DNA from: an uncultured Chloroflexia bacterium | GTDB taxonomy: Bacteria > Chloroflexota > Dehalococcoidia > SZUA-161 | Assembly (NCBI GenBank): GCA_963847595.1 | Contig: CAWKAJ010000001.1 | Location: 601,258-665,257 of the forward strand | DNA length: 64,000 nt | Direction of reading: 5' to 3' | Shown: piece by piece, positions 48,845 through 58,473 of the stretch | Layout: every line of letters starts with the position of its first letter | Position numbering within the stretch: position 1 is the first letter of the stretch | Notes under the pieces: model-generated | The model's input: only the letters and a program-made list of their open reading frames with translations | The model's database searches: none | Told to the model about the DNA's origin: nothing | Made by a program: the position numbers and the translations under genes

Positions 48845-49834
48845 CTAATCATGTATTTCTTCCAGAACTAGAGCATTCTTTTGGGGATTGACTTTGTATT
48901 TGATGAGCCTCACCGTTTTTTCTTCAATCGCTTTTCTTTTCCTCCAATATTCGAGCACTCTTTCATCAAATCCAAATCCTACTAGGATGCTCTGAACCAT
49001 TTCAGAATCTCCATCGGCGAGTTTTCTGACTATCCAGTTTTCATATTTTATGATTTGATTAAGGTCTTCTTCGGAAATTTTGCCCGCTTTTAGCTCCATG
49101 CATGTGAACTTATGCAGAATATCAACAGAGTCAATTGTAGTTACATGTGTAAGGAATATATCCATTACCTTGTTAAACGAGGTGGGCACATAATTCAAAT
49201 AGTCTCTATAATCACCAATGAGTTCTTTCAATTTACCGTTTGAAAAGGCCCGCATAAACCAGGCATTAAGACATCCTTCGTATCTTAAGTGACCACTTTT
49301 ATCGGATTCAAGACTCAGAGGTAAGGGTACCTTTTTCGTCAGCAAATAAGGTTGTGGTATGATATCTGGCTTTGCGAAAATAGGATTATTCCTAAGTAAT
49401 AGTCGGATTAACTCTTTTCCCTCATCAGTGGTGATCGGATTGTGTGATTTTTTCGTAACGGTTCCCAAATCAAAGGTCCATATCTTGCCTTTATCTTTTA
49501 AATCCAAAATATCAGCCATCGCAATGGGGGCCGAAAATCTTCTGATTGTTGGTTCAAAGCATACTCTGAACGGGTAAAGTTGGTCTGGATCATCCCAAAC
49601 AGGTGTTGTATCATAGAATGAGTCAGTGGTAATCCTCCACAATCCATAGATGCCTCTATTCTTTACATAGAAGAATACAAAGTCCCCAATCTTGATTCCG
49701 GCAAATCCAGAAATAACTTCTGAATTCGTTTGCTCCGATTTGGCTGAGCCGTGAAATTCAATACCACCATAGACTCCTTTCCTTAAGCAAACGCCAAAGT
49801 TGCTTTCCCCAGCGAGAAAAATGTGATACCCCAT
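48845..49834 (-). CDS. PUA/EVE-like N-terminal domain protein with possible PD-(D/E)xK nuclease C-terminal domain
   Basis: N-terminus MGYHIFLAGESNFGVCLRKGVYGG...IKIGDFVFFYVKNRGIYGLWRITTD resembles EVE/PUA-like domains. The C-terminus contains D...VDILHKFTCMELKAGK, which is (D)-x-ELK-like. The gene lies in an AT-rich islet. The domain calls are by eye only. Confidence 0.5.
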   Translation of the reverse strand: MGYHIFLAGESNFGVCLRKGVYGGIEFHGSAKSEQTNSEVISGFAGIKIGDFVFFYVKNRGIYGLWRITTDSFYDTTPVWDDPDQLYPFRVCFEPTIRRFSAPIAMADILDLKDKGKIWTFDLGTVTKKSHNPITTDEGKELIRLLLRNNPIFAKPDIIPQPYLLTKKVPLPLSLESDKSGHLRYEGCLNAWFMRAFSNGKLKELIGDYRDYLNYVPTSFNKVMDIFLTHVTTIDSVDILHKFTCMELKAGKISEEDLNQIIKYENWIVRKLADGDSEMVQSILVGFGFDERVLEYWRKRKAIEEKTVRLIKYKVNPQKNALVLEEIHD

Positions 49835-50099
49835 AATTAATTCTCTCCTTTTCCGCTAGACTTCAGCAATATAGTGAGCTAATGAAAACCATATCTACAC
49901 TATCATTCGCAAGCGGAATCTTTCTCGCCTCACTGGGGTTATGTCATAACCGATGGCTCTTCTCTTTTCTTCCCCGCATCCCAAACCTCCCCTTCAACTA
50001 AGCATCGGCTCCTTTGCATAGCACATGTTTATTAAGTCTTGTTTTCGCAGACATTATACAGCATGCGTCGAGTTTCAAAAAGAAGTCGTTCCCGAGCGG

Positions 50100-50180
50100 C
50101 CGGAATAAGACCCTCTCGCTAGTAAAATGATAGACCCGACGGGGTATCGTTCTCGGGTCAGGGCGAGAAGGTCTCTCCAG
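50100..50180. repeat. repeat module H11 copy (ccggaataagaccctctcgctagtaaaatgatagacccgacggggtatcgttctcgggtcagggcgagaag)
   Basis: Aligns with 43757-43830. Confidence 0.55.
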
Positions 50181-50313
50181 GGAGACATCTCACTTCTTCG
50201 AGATACATAAACGGCCCCAGCGGTGTGTACCCTCGCCGGATAGCTTCATTACGCCGACGCATTAGCACAGATATGCCGAAGTTGCCAATCCGGTGGGCGT
50301 GTAGTAGAATTGT

Positions 50314-50694
50314 GTGCGTAGAAGCAGTAGATTCGTGAAAGAGCGAGACAATTACCCGCTGAGCCAACGGGAGCGAGAAGCACTTATTCTCGCCGCTCGA
50401 GGTATGACTAATAAGGACATCGCTGAACGCTTGTGTACCAGCACAAGCACGGTAAAAGCTATCATACATCAGGCATGCGTTAAGCTCGGAGCACGCAGCA
50501 GAGGGCAGGCGATCGTCATAGTCTTGAAACGGGGCATCGTGCGTACGGACGAGATGTATACCCTGGATGAACTGGCAGATATGCTCTGCTCCCTCGGCTC
50601 ACAAACGATAGAGTCCATAGCTGAAATCGTGAAGCAAAAGTTCGAACAGGTTCGACTGCCTCTGGATGTCGAATCATCCCCTTCCCGACGATAA
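50314..50694 (+). CDS. LuxR/GerE-type HTH transcriptional regulator (small)
   Basis: LSQREREALILAARGMTNKDIAERLCTSTSTVKAIIHQACVKLGA is a clear LuxR-type HTH. GTG start per track. The true start is uncertain. Confidence 0.7.
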   Translation: MRRSSRFVKERDNYPLSQREREALILAARGMTNKDIAERLCTSTSTVKAIIHQACVKLGARSRGQAIVIVLKRGIVRTDEMYTLDELADMLCSLGSQTIESIAEIVKQKFEQVRLPLDVESSPSRR

Positions 50695-50969
50695 TAGAGT
50701 CTCACCAACAACCCATACCCCTTCCTTGCCCCAATTTCCTTTACAAATTATTTAACCATTCCGACCATCTACCACGAAGACCATTCGAAGCTAAACCAAA
50801 GTTATGAACCGAAGTTACTTGAAAATAACGCAGCAATGTGCTATTTCTGTAATCGCCTGCATCAGAGCCAACAATCGGCCCTCATTAGCTTTCAACTGGC
50901 CTCAGTCAGATAGCAGTTGATTTGATTCGATCGAGTTGGAGGAGCACAGAGTCTTCGGAGGTGCGAGCA

Positions 50970-53141
50970 ATGGCAACCGCGGAAAAGGCGTACTACGTTG
51001 GGACCGATATGAATTGCGGCGGGGCCTGCCTGCTGAAGGTGCATGTGAAAGACGGCGTGATCACACGCCTGGAGACTGACGACGGCGATGAGCCGCAGCT
51101 CAGGAACTGCCTCCGCTGCCGGGCATATCGCCAGAGGGTATATGCCCCTGACCGGCTTCTCTACCCGATGAAAAGGGTGGGCGAGCGCGGCGAAGGCAAG
51201 TTCAAGCGGATATCGTGGGACGAGGCGCTTGATACCGTAGCCAGCCAGTACAAGAGAGTCAAGGAGACCTATGGCCCTGCAGCGATGATATATCTCACCA
51301 CGGGTGGTGACATCGGTCAGGTGCACAACACCAGGACTGCAGTGCGAGTCTTCTGCCTGGCTGGAGGTTGCACCCTGATGTGGGGCGTAGCCTCTAACGA
51401 GGGATGGATGTTTGCCTGCCAGGCCACCTACGGCTATCCGGTAGGCAACGACCATCGCGACCTGCCGAACTCCAAGCTTGTGATCCTGTGGGGCATGAAT
51501 CCGGCCGTTATCATCGATGGCTGTGGCACGGCCTACCATCTCGCTCTTGCCAGAGAGAAAGGCACGAGATTTATCGTAGTCGATCCCAGATATACCGATA
51601 CAGCGGCCCTGGTCGCTGACCGCTGGGTTCCCATCAGGCCGGGCACAGATGCCGCCGCCATGATCGCCATGGCCTATGTCATGATTACCGAAGACCTCTA
51701 CGACAAGGAGTTTATTAACAAGTACACCGTAGGCTTCGATAAGTTCAAGGATTACGTCCTCGGCCGGGAAGACGGCGTGCCCAAGACACCAAAGTGGGCC
51801 GAGGCTATCACCGGCGTCCCTGCCCGTACCATAGTCGAGGTAGCCAGGGAATACGCCACCATTAAGCCGGCGGCCTTGTTGCCCAGCAAAGGCCCCGGGC
51901 GCACAGCCTTCGGTGAGCAGTTCCATCGCGCAGCCTTCACGCTTGCGGCGATGACAGGCAACATCGGCAAAAGCGGAGGCAGCGCAGGTTCTGAAATTAC
52001 GCAGCGTGGCGAGATCCCGTTCGCCATGGGACCGGCCATGAAAACGGGAGGCAACCCGGTTGATGCTGGCTCGCCGATGCGCAAAGACGCCCTTCCTACG
52101 CCGATCTCGAAGGGGCCCGGGCTGGTGGCGCGGCTGCATAATTCTGAGATTTGGGATGCCATACTCAAAGGCAAAGCCGGCGGCTACTACAGCGACTACA
52201 AGATAGTGTACATCGCCAACTGCAACTACCTCAATCAATACCCCAACGTGAACAAAGCGGTTGAGGCGATGAAATCCCTGGAGTTCATCGCTGCGCAGGA
52301 GCAGTTCATGACTCCCACGGCGAAGTTCGCCGATATTATTCTGCCTACCTGCACCTTCCTCGAGCGCAACGATGCCGTATGGGGCGCGGGACCGCATGTT
52401 GCCTATCAACCGAAGGTCATCGAGCCCCTTGGCGAATCGCGTTCGCACCTGTCGATATGCGATGACCTTGCTGCGAAATTGGGCATCGTCGGCTACAACG
52501 ACAAGACCGACGAACAGTGGCTGGAACAGATAATGACACCATGTGTTGGCGACTTCGAGAAATTCAAAGAGACCGGCGTGAAGAAATACTATAATCCGCC
52601 GTCCATCCCGTTCAAGAAGGAGATCGGGGACATCGAGAATAGCCCCTTCCCCACGCCATCGGGGAAGATTGAAATCTTCAGCCAGCAAATCGCTGACATG
52701 AACAACCCGTTAATACCTCCCATCCCGAAATATATAGAAACTTGGGAGAGCCGCAACGACCCGTTGGCGAAGAAGTATCCTATCCAGATGACCAGCACGC
52801 ACCCCAAGAGACGCTCCCACAGCCAGTTCGACAACATACCCTGGCTACGGGAGGTCGATCCTCAGGTGATATGGCTGAATGGGAAAGATGCCAAAGCCAG
52901 AGGAATAAAGGACGGAGACCTGGTGAAAGTTTTCAATGACAGGGGCCAGGTTATAATAAAGGCCAAGATTACCGAGAGAATCATGCCCGGCGTCGCCGAC
53001 CTGCCCGAAGGTGCATGGTATAATCCCGACAAGAAGGGCGTCGATCACGGGGGCTGTGCCAACGTGCTGACCATCGACAAGCGCTCTCCCGGTGGCGCGT
53101 TTACCAGTAACTCATGCCTGGTACAAGTAGAGAAAGCATAG
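50970..53141 (+). CDS. molybdopterin (bis-PGD) oxidoreductase catalytic subunit, DMSO-reductase superfamily, cytoplasmic
   Basis: 723 aa. N-terminal Cys cluster (NCGGAC...RNCLRCRAY). No twin-arginine signal. Molybdopterin-binding and C-terminal beta-barrel regions. RBS GGAGG. Confidence 0.85.
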   Translation: MATAEKAYYVGTDMNCGGACLLKVHVKDGVITRLETDDGDEPQLRNCLRCRAYRQRVYAPDRLLYPMKRVGERGEGKFKRISWDEALDTVASQYKRVKETYGPAAMIYLTTGGDIGQVHNTRTAVRVFCLAGGCTLMWGVASNEGWMFACQATYGYPVGNDHRDLPNSKLVILWGMNPAVIIDGCGTAYHLALAREKGTRFIVVDPRYTDTAALVADRWVPIRPGTDAAAMIAMAYVMITEDLYDKEFINKYTVGFDKFKDYVLGREDGVPKTPKWAEAITGVPARTIVEVAREYATIKPAALLPSKGPGRTAFGEQFHRAAFTLAAMTGNIGKSGGSAGSEITQRGEIPFAMGPAMKTGGNPVDAGSPMRKDALPTPISKGPGLVARLHNSEIWDAILKGKAGGYYSDYKIVYIANCNYLNQYPNVNKAVEAMKSLEFIAAQEQFMTPTAKFADIILPTCTFLERNDAVWGAGPHVAYQPKVIEPLGESRSHLSICDDLAAKLGIVGYNDKTDEQWLEQIMTPCVGDFEKFKETGVKKYYNPPSIPFKKEIGDIENSPFPTPSGKIEIFSQQIADMNNPLIPPIPKYIETWESRNDPLAKKYPIQMTSTHPKRRSHSQFDNIPWLREVDPQVIWLNGKDAKARGIKDGDLVKVFNDRGQVIIKAKITERIMPGVADLPEGAWYNPDKKGVDHGGCANVLTIDKRSPGGAFTSNSCLVQVEKA

Positions 53142-53149
53142 AGGTATCC

Positions 53150-53380
53150 CTGTAGGGGCACAGTGCACTGTGCCCTGTAAGTCTCCCAAGACTGGAATTA
53201 ATGGATTGTTACTGAAAGGGGAGTGCAGAGGGGAAAGTCCCCTCTGCCAGGGGTTTGGGGGTGTCCCCCAACCCCAAAATCCCCCAAGACTGGGGGACAC
53301 AGGGGGTTGAAAAGGCCTTATCGAAGACCTAGTCGATTAACAATTAGGGGAGTCCGGAGGGGAAAAGCCCTTCTGGCGGA
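53150..53380. repeat. H4 hairpin (gtaggggcACAGTGCACTGTgccct) + family A triple hairpin copy 4 + partial extra copy, within operon
   Basis: ggggagtgcagaggggaaagtcccctctgccaggggtttgggggtgtcccccaa...cccccaagactgggggacacagggggttgaaaagg ... ggagtccggaggggaaaagcccttctggcgg. Confidence 0.7.
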
Positions 53381-53388
53381 GGAATACG

Positions 53389-53967
53389 ATGCAAACAGGA
53401 TTTTATTTTGACCAGACACGGTGCACCGGCTGCTACACTTGCGTGATAGCCTGCAAAGACTGGCACGACGTGCCGGCCGGCCCGGCCAGTTGGAGAAGGG
53501 TTCTAACCATAGAAGAAGGCAAATTCCCGGATGTGTTTGTCGCCTGGCTTGCCACCTCCTGCTATCACTGCGCCAAGCCTGCCTGCGTCGCAGCGTGTCC
53601 TGCCGGAGCTATCACGAAAAGGAAAGAGGATGGCATTGTAGTCGTTGACCCGGCTAAGTGCCTGGGCAAAGACAAGTGCGACCTCTGCCTGCAATCGTGT
53701 CCCTATGGCGCTCCGCAGTTCGGGGCCGAGGTGAACGCCAAGATGCAAATGTGCAACCTATGCTTTGACCGGCTGAAGGAAGGGAAGAAACCCATCTGCG
53801 TGGCCGGATGCCCCATGAGAGCGCTGGACGCCGGCCCCATTGATGAGCTTCGAGCGCGGTATGGGGATAAGACTGAGGCCGTGGCCTTCACCTGTTCTGC
53901 CGACTTGAAGCCGTCAGTTATCTTCAAGCCCAAGCCTAGAAAGAGCGTGGTGGGGGCAAGAAAATGA
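53389..53967 (+). CDS. 4Fe-4S dicluster electron-transfer subunit (DmsB/HybA-like)
   Basis: 192 aa with several CxxCxxCxxxCP-type motifs (CTGCYTCVIAC, CYHCAKPACVAACP, CDLCLQSCP, CVAGCP). Confidence 0.85.
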   Translation: MQTGFYFDQTRCTGCYTCVIACKDWHDVPAGPASWRRVLTIEEGKFPDVFVAWLATSCYHCAKPACVAACPAGAITKRKEDGIVVVDPAKCLGKDKCDLCLQSCPYGAPQFGAEVNAKMQMCNLCFDRLKEGKKPICVAGCPMRALDAGPIDELRARYGDKTEAVAFTCSADLKPSVIFKPKPRKSVVGARK

Positions 53968-55910
53968 AGGAGCACTACGGATACGCCGGGAAAATCCTGA
54001 GGGTGGACCTGTCCTCAAAGAAGATAACCACCGTGCCCACCGCACAGTATTCCGATAGGTTCCTCGGGGGCAGAGGTATCGCCGCCAAGATTTACTGGGA
54101 CGAAGTGCCGGCTAAAGTCAAGGCCTTCGACCCCGAGAACCGCTTAATATTCGTCACCGGGCCGCTGGCCGGAATCGGCGGGCTGTCCGGCTCAAGGTGG
54201 CAGGTTTGCGGCAAGGCACCCGCCATGTATCCGGAGGAGTTCTCCTACTGCAACCTCGGCGGCAGATGGGGCTGGCAGCTCAAGTGCGCCGGGTACGATG
54301 CCCTCGTCATTGCGGGAAAATCTGAAAAGCCCGTCTATCTGTTTATCCAGGACGACAAAGTGGAGATAAGGGACGCTTCCGCACTCTGGGGCAAGAGCAC
54401 AGTCGAGACTCGCGAAACCCTGAAGAGCCAGTTCGGTAGCAGCTTCGCAGTGGTGGCCTGCGGCCCTGCGGGGGAGAACCTTGTATCATACGCCATCGTT
54501 CTCGCCGACAACGACGCCAGTGGCTCCAGCGGCTTCGGCGCAGTCATGGGTTCCAAGAACCTCAAGGCCATCGCGGTGAGAGGCCAGGGAAAAGTGAACG
54601 CAGCCAATCCTGAGAGGCTGACTGAGGTAAAGAAGAACGTCCGCCAGTTGTTGTGGAAGGGGCCGGATTATCAAAAAGAGATTGGCAAACCCGAGGCCCA
54701 TATCGAGGTCGTATCCGGTCAGAAAACGAAGCTCGACCTTTGCCTGGGCTGCGCCGGATTCGATGGAAGGATAACTATAGAATCCCGGGACGGCACAAAG
54801 AAGGGCAAGTCCCTCTGCGGCTCCTCGCTGTTCTACCTCGATAAGGTCAACAAGTACTACCCTGAACCGACGGAGACTACTTTTTATGTCAACAGGCTCT
54901 GCGATGAGTACGGCGTTGATGCTCTCGCCATCGAATCGATGATGAAATGGCTCTCGAGGTGCCGACATACAGGAATCCTGACGGACGAAAATACCGGCAT
55001 CCCCCTGTCCAAGCTGGGAAGCTGGGAGTACATGGAAGCGCTGGTCAGGAAAATGGCGCTCCGCGAAGGCTTCGGCGACGTCCTGGCCCTGGGCATACAG
55101 AGGGCAGCCGCAACTCTGGGCCCTAAAGCCGAGGAACTGGTCGGCGACTATATATCGAAGGCCGGTCACCTGCTCAGCTATTGCCCGCGCACCTTCCCGG
55201 CTCACGGCCTGCTCTACGCGATGGAGCCGAGACAGGCTGTGAACCAGTTGCACGAGATGGGACTTGTCCTGTTCCAGTGGGTCAACTGGGCCAATAATCC
55301 CGAAAACTCCTATCTCTCCAGTGACGTATTCCACAAGATAGCTGCCAGGTTCTGGGGCAGCGAGCTTGCGGCTGATTTCTCGACGTACGATGGCAAGGCT
55401 CTGGCAGCGGCCGCCATTCAGGACCGCGAGTACGCCAAGGAATGCCTCATCCTCTGCGACTTCACCTGGCCGGTAACGCATACTATGGAAGGAGACCACA
55501 TAGGCGATCCCTCCATAGACAGCAAGATGCTTGCCGCAGTCACCGGACGCGATATAGACGAACGCGGACTCTACCGCATCGGGGAAAGAGTGTTCAACAT
55601 GCAGCGCGCCATACACATCAGGGAAGGACACAAAGGCAGGGAAAGCGACATGATTCCCGAAGCCCTTTTCACTACCCCGCTCAAGGGCAACGAGATGAAT
55701 CCCAAAGCCCAGGCCCCGGGCAAAGACGGTGCGATTACCTCGAGGGTCGGCGTGGTGGTGGACAGAGCGGAGTTCGAGCGGATGAAGAGCGAGTATTATC
55801 AGCTCAGGGGATGGGACGTGGCCAGCGGCCTGCAAACCGTAAAGAGGCTGAAGGAACTCGACCTCGCCGAAGTCGCTCATGACCTGGGGCGCATGGGCCT
55901 CGCCCTGTAG
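53964..55910 (+). CDS. aldehyde:ferredoxin oxidoreductase family enzyme, paralog 3 (start overlaps FeS-subunit stop)
   Basis: MKEHYGYAGKILRVDLSSKKITTV...DRFLGGRGIAAKIYWDEV. 648 aa. Confidence 0.9.
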   Translation: MKEHYGYAGKILRVDLSSKKITTVPTAQYSDRFLGGRGIAAKIYWDEVPAKVKAFDPENRLIFVTGPLAGIGGLSGSRWQVCGKAPAMYPEEFSYCNLGGRWGWQLKCAGYDALVIAGKSEKPVYLFIQDDKVEIRDASALWGKSTVETRETLKSQFGSSFAVVACGPAGENLVSYAIVLADNDASGSSGFGAVMGSKNLKAIAVRGQGKVNAANPERLTEVKKNVRQLLWKGPDYQKEIGKPEAHIEVVSGQKTKLDLCLGCAGFDGRITIESRDGTKKGKSLCGSSLFYLDKVNKYYPEPTETTFYVNRLCDEYGVDALAIESMMKWLSRCRHTGILTDENTGIPLSKLGSWEYMEALVRKMALREGFGDVLALGIQRAAATLGPKAEELVGDYISKAGHLLSYCPRTFPAHGLLYAMEPRQAVNQLHEMGLVLFQWVNWANNPENSYLSSDVFHKIAARFWGSELAADFSTYDGKALAAAAIQDREYAKECLILCDFTWPVTHTMEGDHIGDPSIDSKMLAAVTGRDIDERGLYRIGERVFNMQRAIHIREGHKGRESDMIPEALFTTPLKGNEMNPKAQAPGKDGAITSRVGVVVDRAEFERMKSEYYQLRGWDVASGLQTVKRLKELDLAEVAHDLGRMGLAL

Positions 55911-55934
55911 TAGCTTTAGACCAAGGAGGTATTT

Positions 55935-57140
55935 ATGCCCAAGCAACCTCTATCAGACGTTCGAGTGCTCGACCTGACCTGGCACATAGCCGGGCCTGCC
56001 TGCACCAAGTTCTTTGCCGACTACGGTGCTGACGTCATCAAAATTGAAAGGCCGGATGGGGGAGATCCGTCCCGGAGCCTGGGCCCCTTCTACAAGGACG
56101 ACCCTCATCCCGAGAAGAGCGGCCTGTTCCTGTTCCTCAACACCAACAAGCGCAGCATCACCCTGAACCTGAAAACCCATACGGGGCAGAAGATACTCAA
56201 AGAGCTTGTCAAGGATGTGGATATCCTGGTCGAGAACTTCAGCCCCCGTGTCATGCCCGGCCTCGGCCTGGACTACGAGACCCTGGAGAAGCTTAACCCC
56301 GAACTAGTCATGACCTCCATCTCCAACTTCGGACAGACCGGCCCGTATCGCGATTTCAAAGCGTCGGAAGCCATCATCTATGGCATGGGCGGGGCCATGT
56401 GCAGCACCGGAGTCGGTGACTGCGAGCCTGTCAAGAAGGGCATGAACGTCATCCAGCACCAGGGAGGGTACATGGCGGCTACGGCTACCATGATTGCATT
56501 TTATGCTGCCAGGATGCAGGGAGTTGGAGAGCATATTGACGTCTCGCTGATGGAGACCCAGATGGCCGCCATCGATAGAAGGATGAGCGAACTCCTGGCC
56601 TACGAGTATAACAAAGAGCTGACCCCCCGGATGGACATAGCGGGGATGCTTCAGTATCCCTACGGCATCTTCCCCTGCAAAGACGGCTACGTCGATGTCG
56701 CGGGCGGCTTTATGTTCCTGGACCGTATCGAAAGGGTGCTCAAGATGGCCCTCATGGAGACCTACGGCGGGGCGAATCAGTTCGACGAGGCACGCAGAGA
56801 GGAGTTTCTGGGCACTATCTGGTACCCCTGGCTGATGGAGCGAAGCCGGAAAGAGATTGTTGAGGTCTGCCAGGAAGGGCGCGTTTTGAGCGCTCCCATC
56901 AATACCACCGAAGACCTCGTGGCTGACCCCCAGTTCCGTGAGAGGGGCTTCTGGGCCGAGGCCGAGCACCCCGTGGTGGGCAAGCTGACCTATCCCGGCA
57001 GGCCCGCCATATGCTCGGAGTTGCCCTGGAAGATAAGGCATCCCGCGCCGCTGCTGGGTCAGCACAACGCAGAGGTCTATACCTCCCTGGGGTACTCGAA
57101 GGGGGACCTGGTGAAACTGAGGGAAGGGGGTATCATCTAA
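55935..57140 (+). CDS. family III CoA-transferase (CaiB/BaiF-like)
   Basis: MPKQPLSDVRVLDLTWHIAGPACTKFFADYGADVIKIERP. RBS AAGGAGG. Confidence 0.9.
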   Translation: MPKQPLSDVRVLDLTWHIAGPACTKFFADYGADVIKIERPDGGDPSRSLGPFYKDDPHPEKSGLFLFLNTNKRSITLNLKTHTGQKILKELVKDVDILVENFSPRVMPGLGLDYETLEKLNPELVMTSISNFGQTGPYRDFKASEAIIYGMGGAMCSTGVGDCEPVKKGMNVIQHQGGYMAATATMIAFYAARMQGVGEHIDVSLMETQMAAIDRRMSELLAYEYNKELTPRMDIAGMLQYPYGIFPCKDGYVDVAGGFMFLDRIERVLKMALMETYGGANQFDEARREEFLGTIWYPWLMERSRKEIVEVCQEGRVLSAPINTTEDLVADPQFRERGFWAEAEHPVVGKLTYPGRPAICSELPWKIRHPAPLLGQHNAEVYTSLGYSKGDLVKLREGGII

Positions 57141-57141
57141 G

Positions 57142-58473
57142 ATGGCTAAGCTACCGCTGGAAGGCGTAAGGGTTGTGGGCATGACCCAGATGTGGGCCGG
57201 CCCCATCGTCGAGATGCACCTGGCCGACTGGGGTGCCGAGATAATCAAGGTCGAGTCCATTCACTATCTCGCCGTCGGCACCAGGGGCCCCGCTCCCAGG
57301 CATCCCAAGTTCGCTGTTGATTTCGTCAAGGGCGGCTATGCCGCCTATCTCAAAGAGGGTTACGACGAGACCAAATGCAGGCCCTGGAATCTGAGCTGCA
57401 TGTTCAATGTGCATGGCCGCAACAAATATTCCTGCACCGTGGACTCCGTCAAGCCCGAGGGCAAGGAAATAATCAAGCGCCTGATACAGGTGAGCGACGT
57501 TTTCATCGAGAACAGCCAGCCCGCCGTCATGGAGGACTTCGGCCTCACCTACGACGTCATCAGCGCCTGGAACCCGAATATCATCATGCTCTCCATGTCC
57601 GGCTTCGGCCAGACCGGCCCCTACAAGTACTTTCGCTCTCTCGGCGCCCATCAGGATGCCTTCCTGGGGCATACCTATCTCAGGGGCTATGCGGACCGGG
57701 ACGTGACGGCAAACTCGGCAATCTACCATTGCGACGAAGCTTCAGGAACAATCGGTGCCTTCATGGTTGTTATGGCGCTGCACCAGCGCAACAAGACAGG
57801 CAAGGGCATGTTCATCGACATGGCGCAGACCGAGGCCACCATGATCCAACTGGGTGAGGCCATCATGGACTACACCATGAACAGTCGCATCACCGAGAGG
57901 ACCGGGAACCGCGACCTCTACGGCGGCATCCAGGGCTGCTACCGCTGCCGCGGCGAGGACAGATGGGTAACCATCGCCATCCGCACCGATGAGGAATGGC
58001 AGGGCTTCTGCCGTGCCCTGGGCAATCCCGGGTGGACCAAGGACGACAGGTTCGCCGATAGCCTGAGCAGGTGGCGTAATCAGGAAGAGTTGGACAAACA
58101 CATCGGCGAATGGACCGGCCGGCATGAAGCCTTCAAGGTCATGAACACCCTGCAGAAAGAAGGCGTAGCTGCCGGCCCGGTAGAGCACCCGGACGATGCC
58201 TACAACGACCCGCAGATGAAAGCGCGGGGCTTTTTCGAAACGGTAACTCAGGCTGAATGCGGGACACACAGATACCCCGGCCTGGCATTCAGGATGTCCA
58301 AGGCGCCCAACCATTTCCGGCTTCCTCCCGTCCGTCTGGGCGAGCACAACGAATACGTCTATAAGAAGCTTCTCGGCTTCTCCGACGCAGAGTATGCTCG
58401 CCTGGAAAAAGAGGGGCACATAGGGATGGACCTGGTGCCCGATATCGTAATCGGCAAATACAAGCCCGAATAA
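57142..58473 (+). CDS. family III CoA-transferase (CaiB/BaiF-like), 443 aa with insertion
   Basis: MAKLPLEGVRVVGMTQMWAGPIVEMHLADWGAEIIKVES. Starts 2 nt after the previous stop. Confidence 0.88.
   Translation: MAKLPLEGVRVVGMTQMWAGPIVEMHLADWGAEIIKVESIHYLAVGTRGPAPRHPKFAVDFVKGGYAAYLKEGYDETKCRPWNLSCMFNVHGRNKYSCTVDSVKPEGKEIIKRLIQVSDVFIENSQPAVMEDFGLTYDVISAWNPNIIMLSMSGFGQTGPYKYFRSLGAHQDAFLGHTYLRGYADRDVTANSAIYHCDEASGTIGAFMVVMALHQRNKTGKGMFIDMAQTEATMIQLGEAIMDYTMNSRITERTGNRDLYGGIQGCYRCRGEDRWVTIAIRTDEEWQGFCRALGNPGWTKDDRFADSLSRWRNQEELDKHIGEWTGRHEAFKVMNTLQKEGVAAGPVEHPDDAYNDPQMKARGFFETVTQAECGTHRYPGLAFRMSKAPNHFRLPPVRLGEHNEYVYKKLLGFSDAEYARLEKEGHIGMDLVPDIVIGKYKPE

Noticed and set aside
50892-52688. Long antisense ORFs opposite real genes. 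Examples: 50892..52688 -, 54486..55946 -, 25180..26598 +, 10531..11517 -, 56304..57260 -, 60138..60893 +
   Set aside because: Each lies entirely within a confidently assigned gene on the other strand and has an Arg/Ala/Gly-rich, low-complexity translation. These are typical high-GC shadow ORFs.
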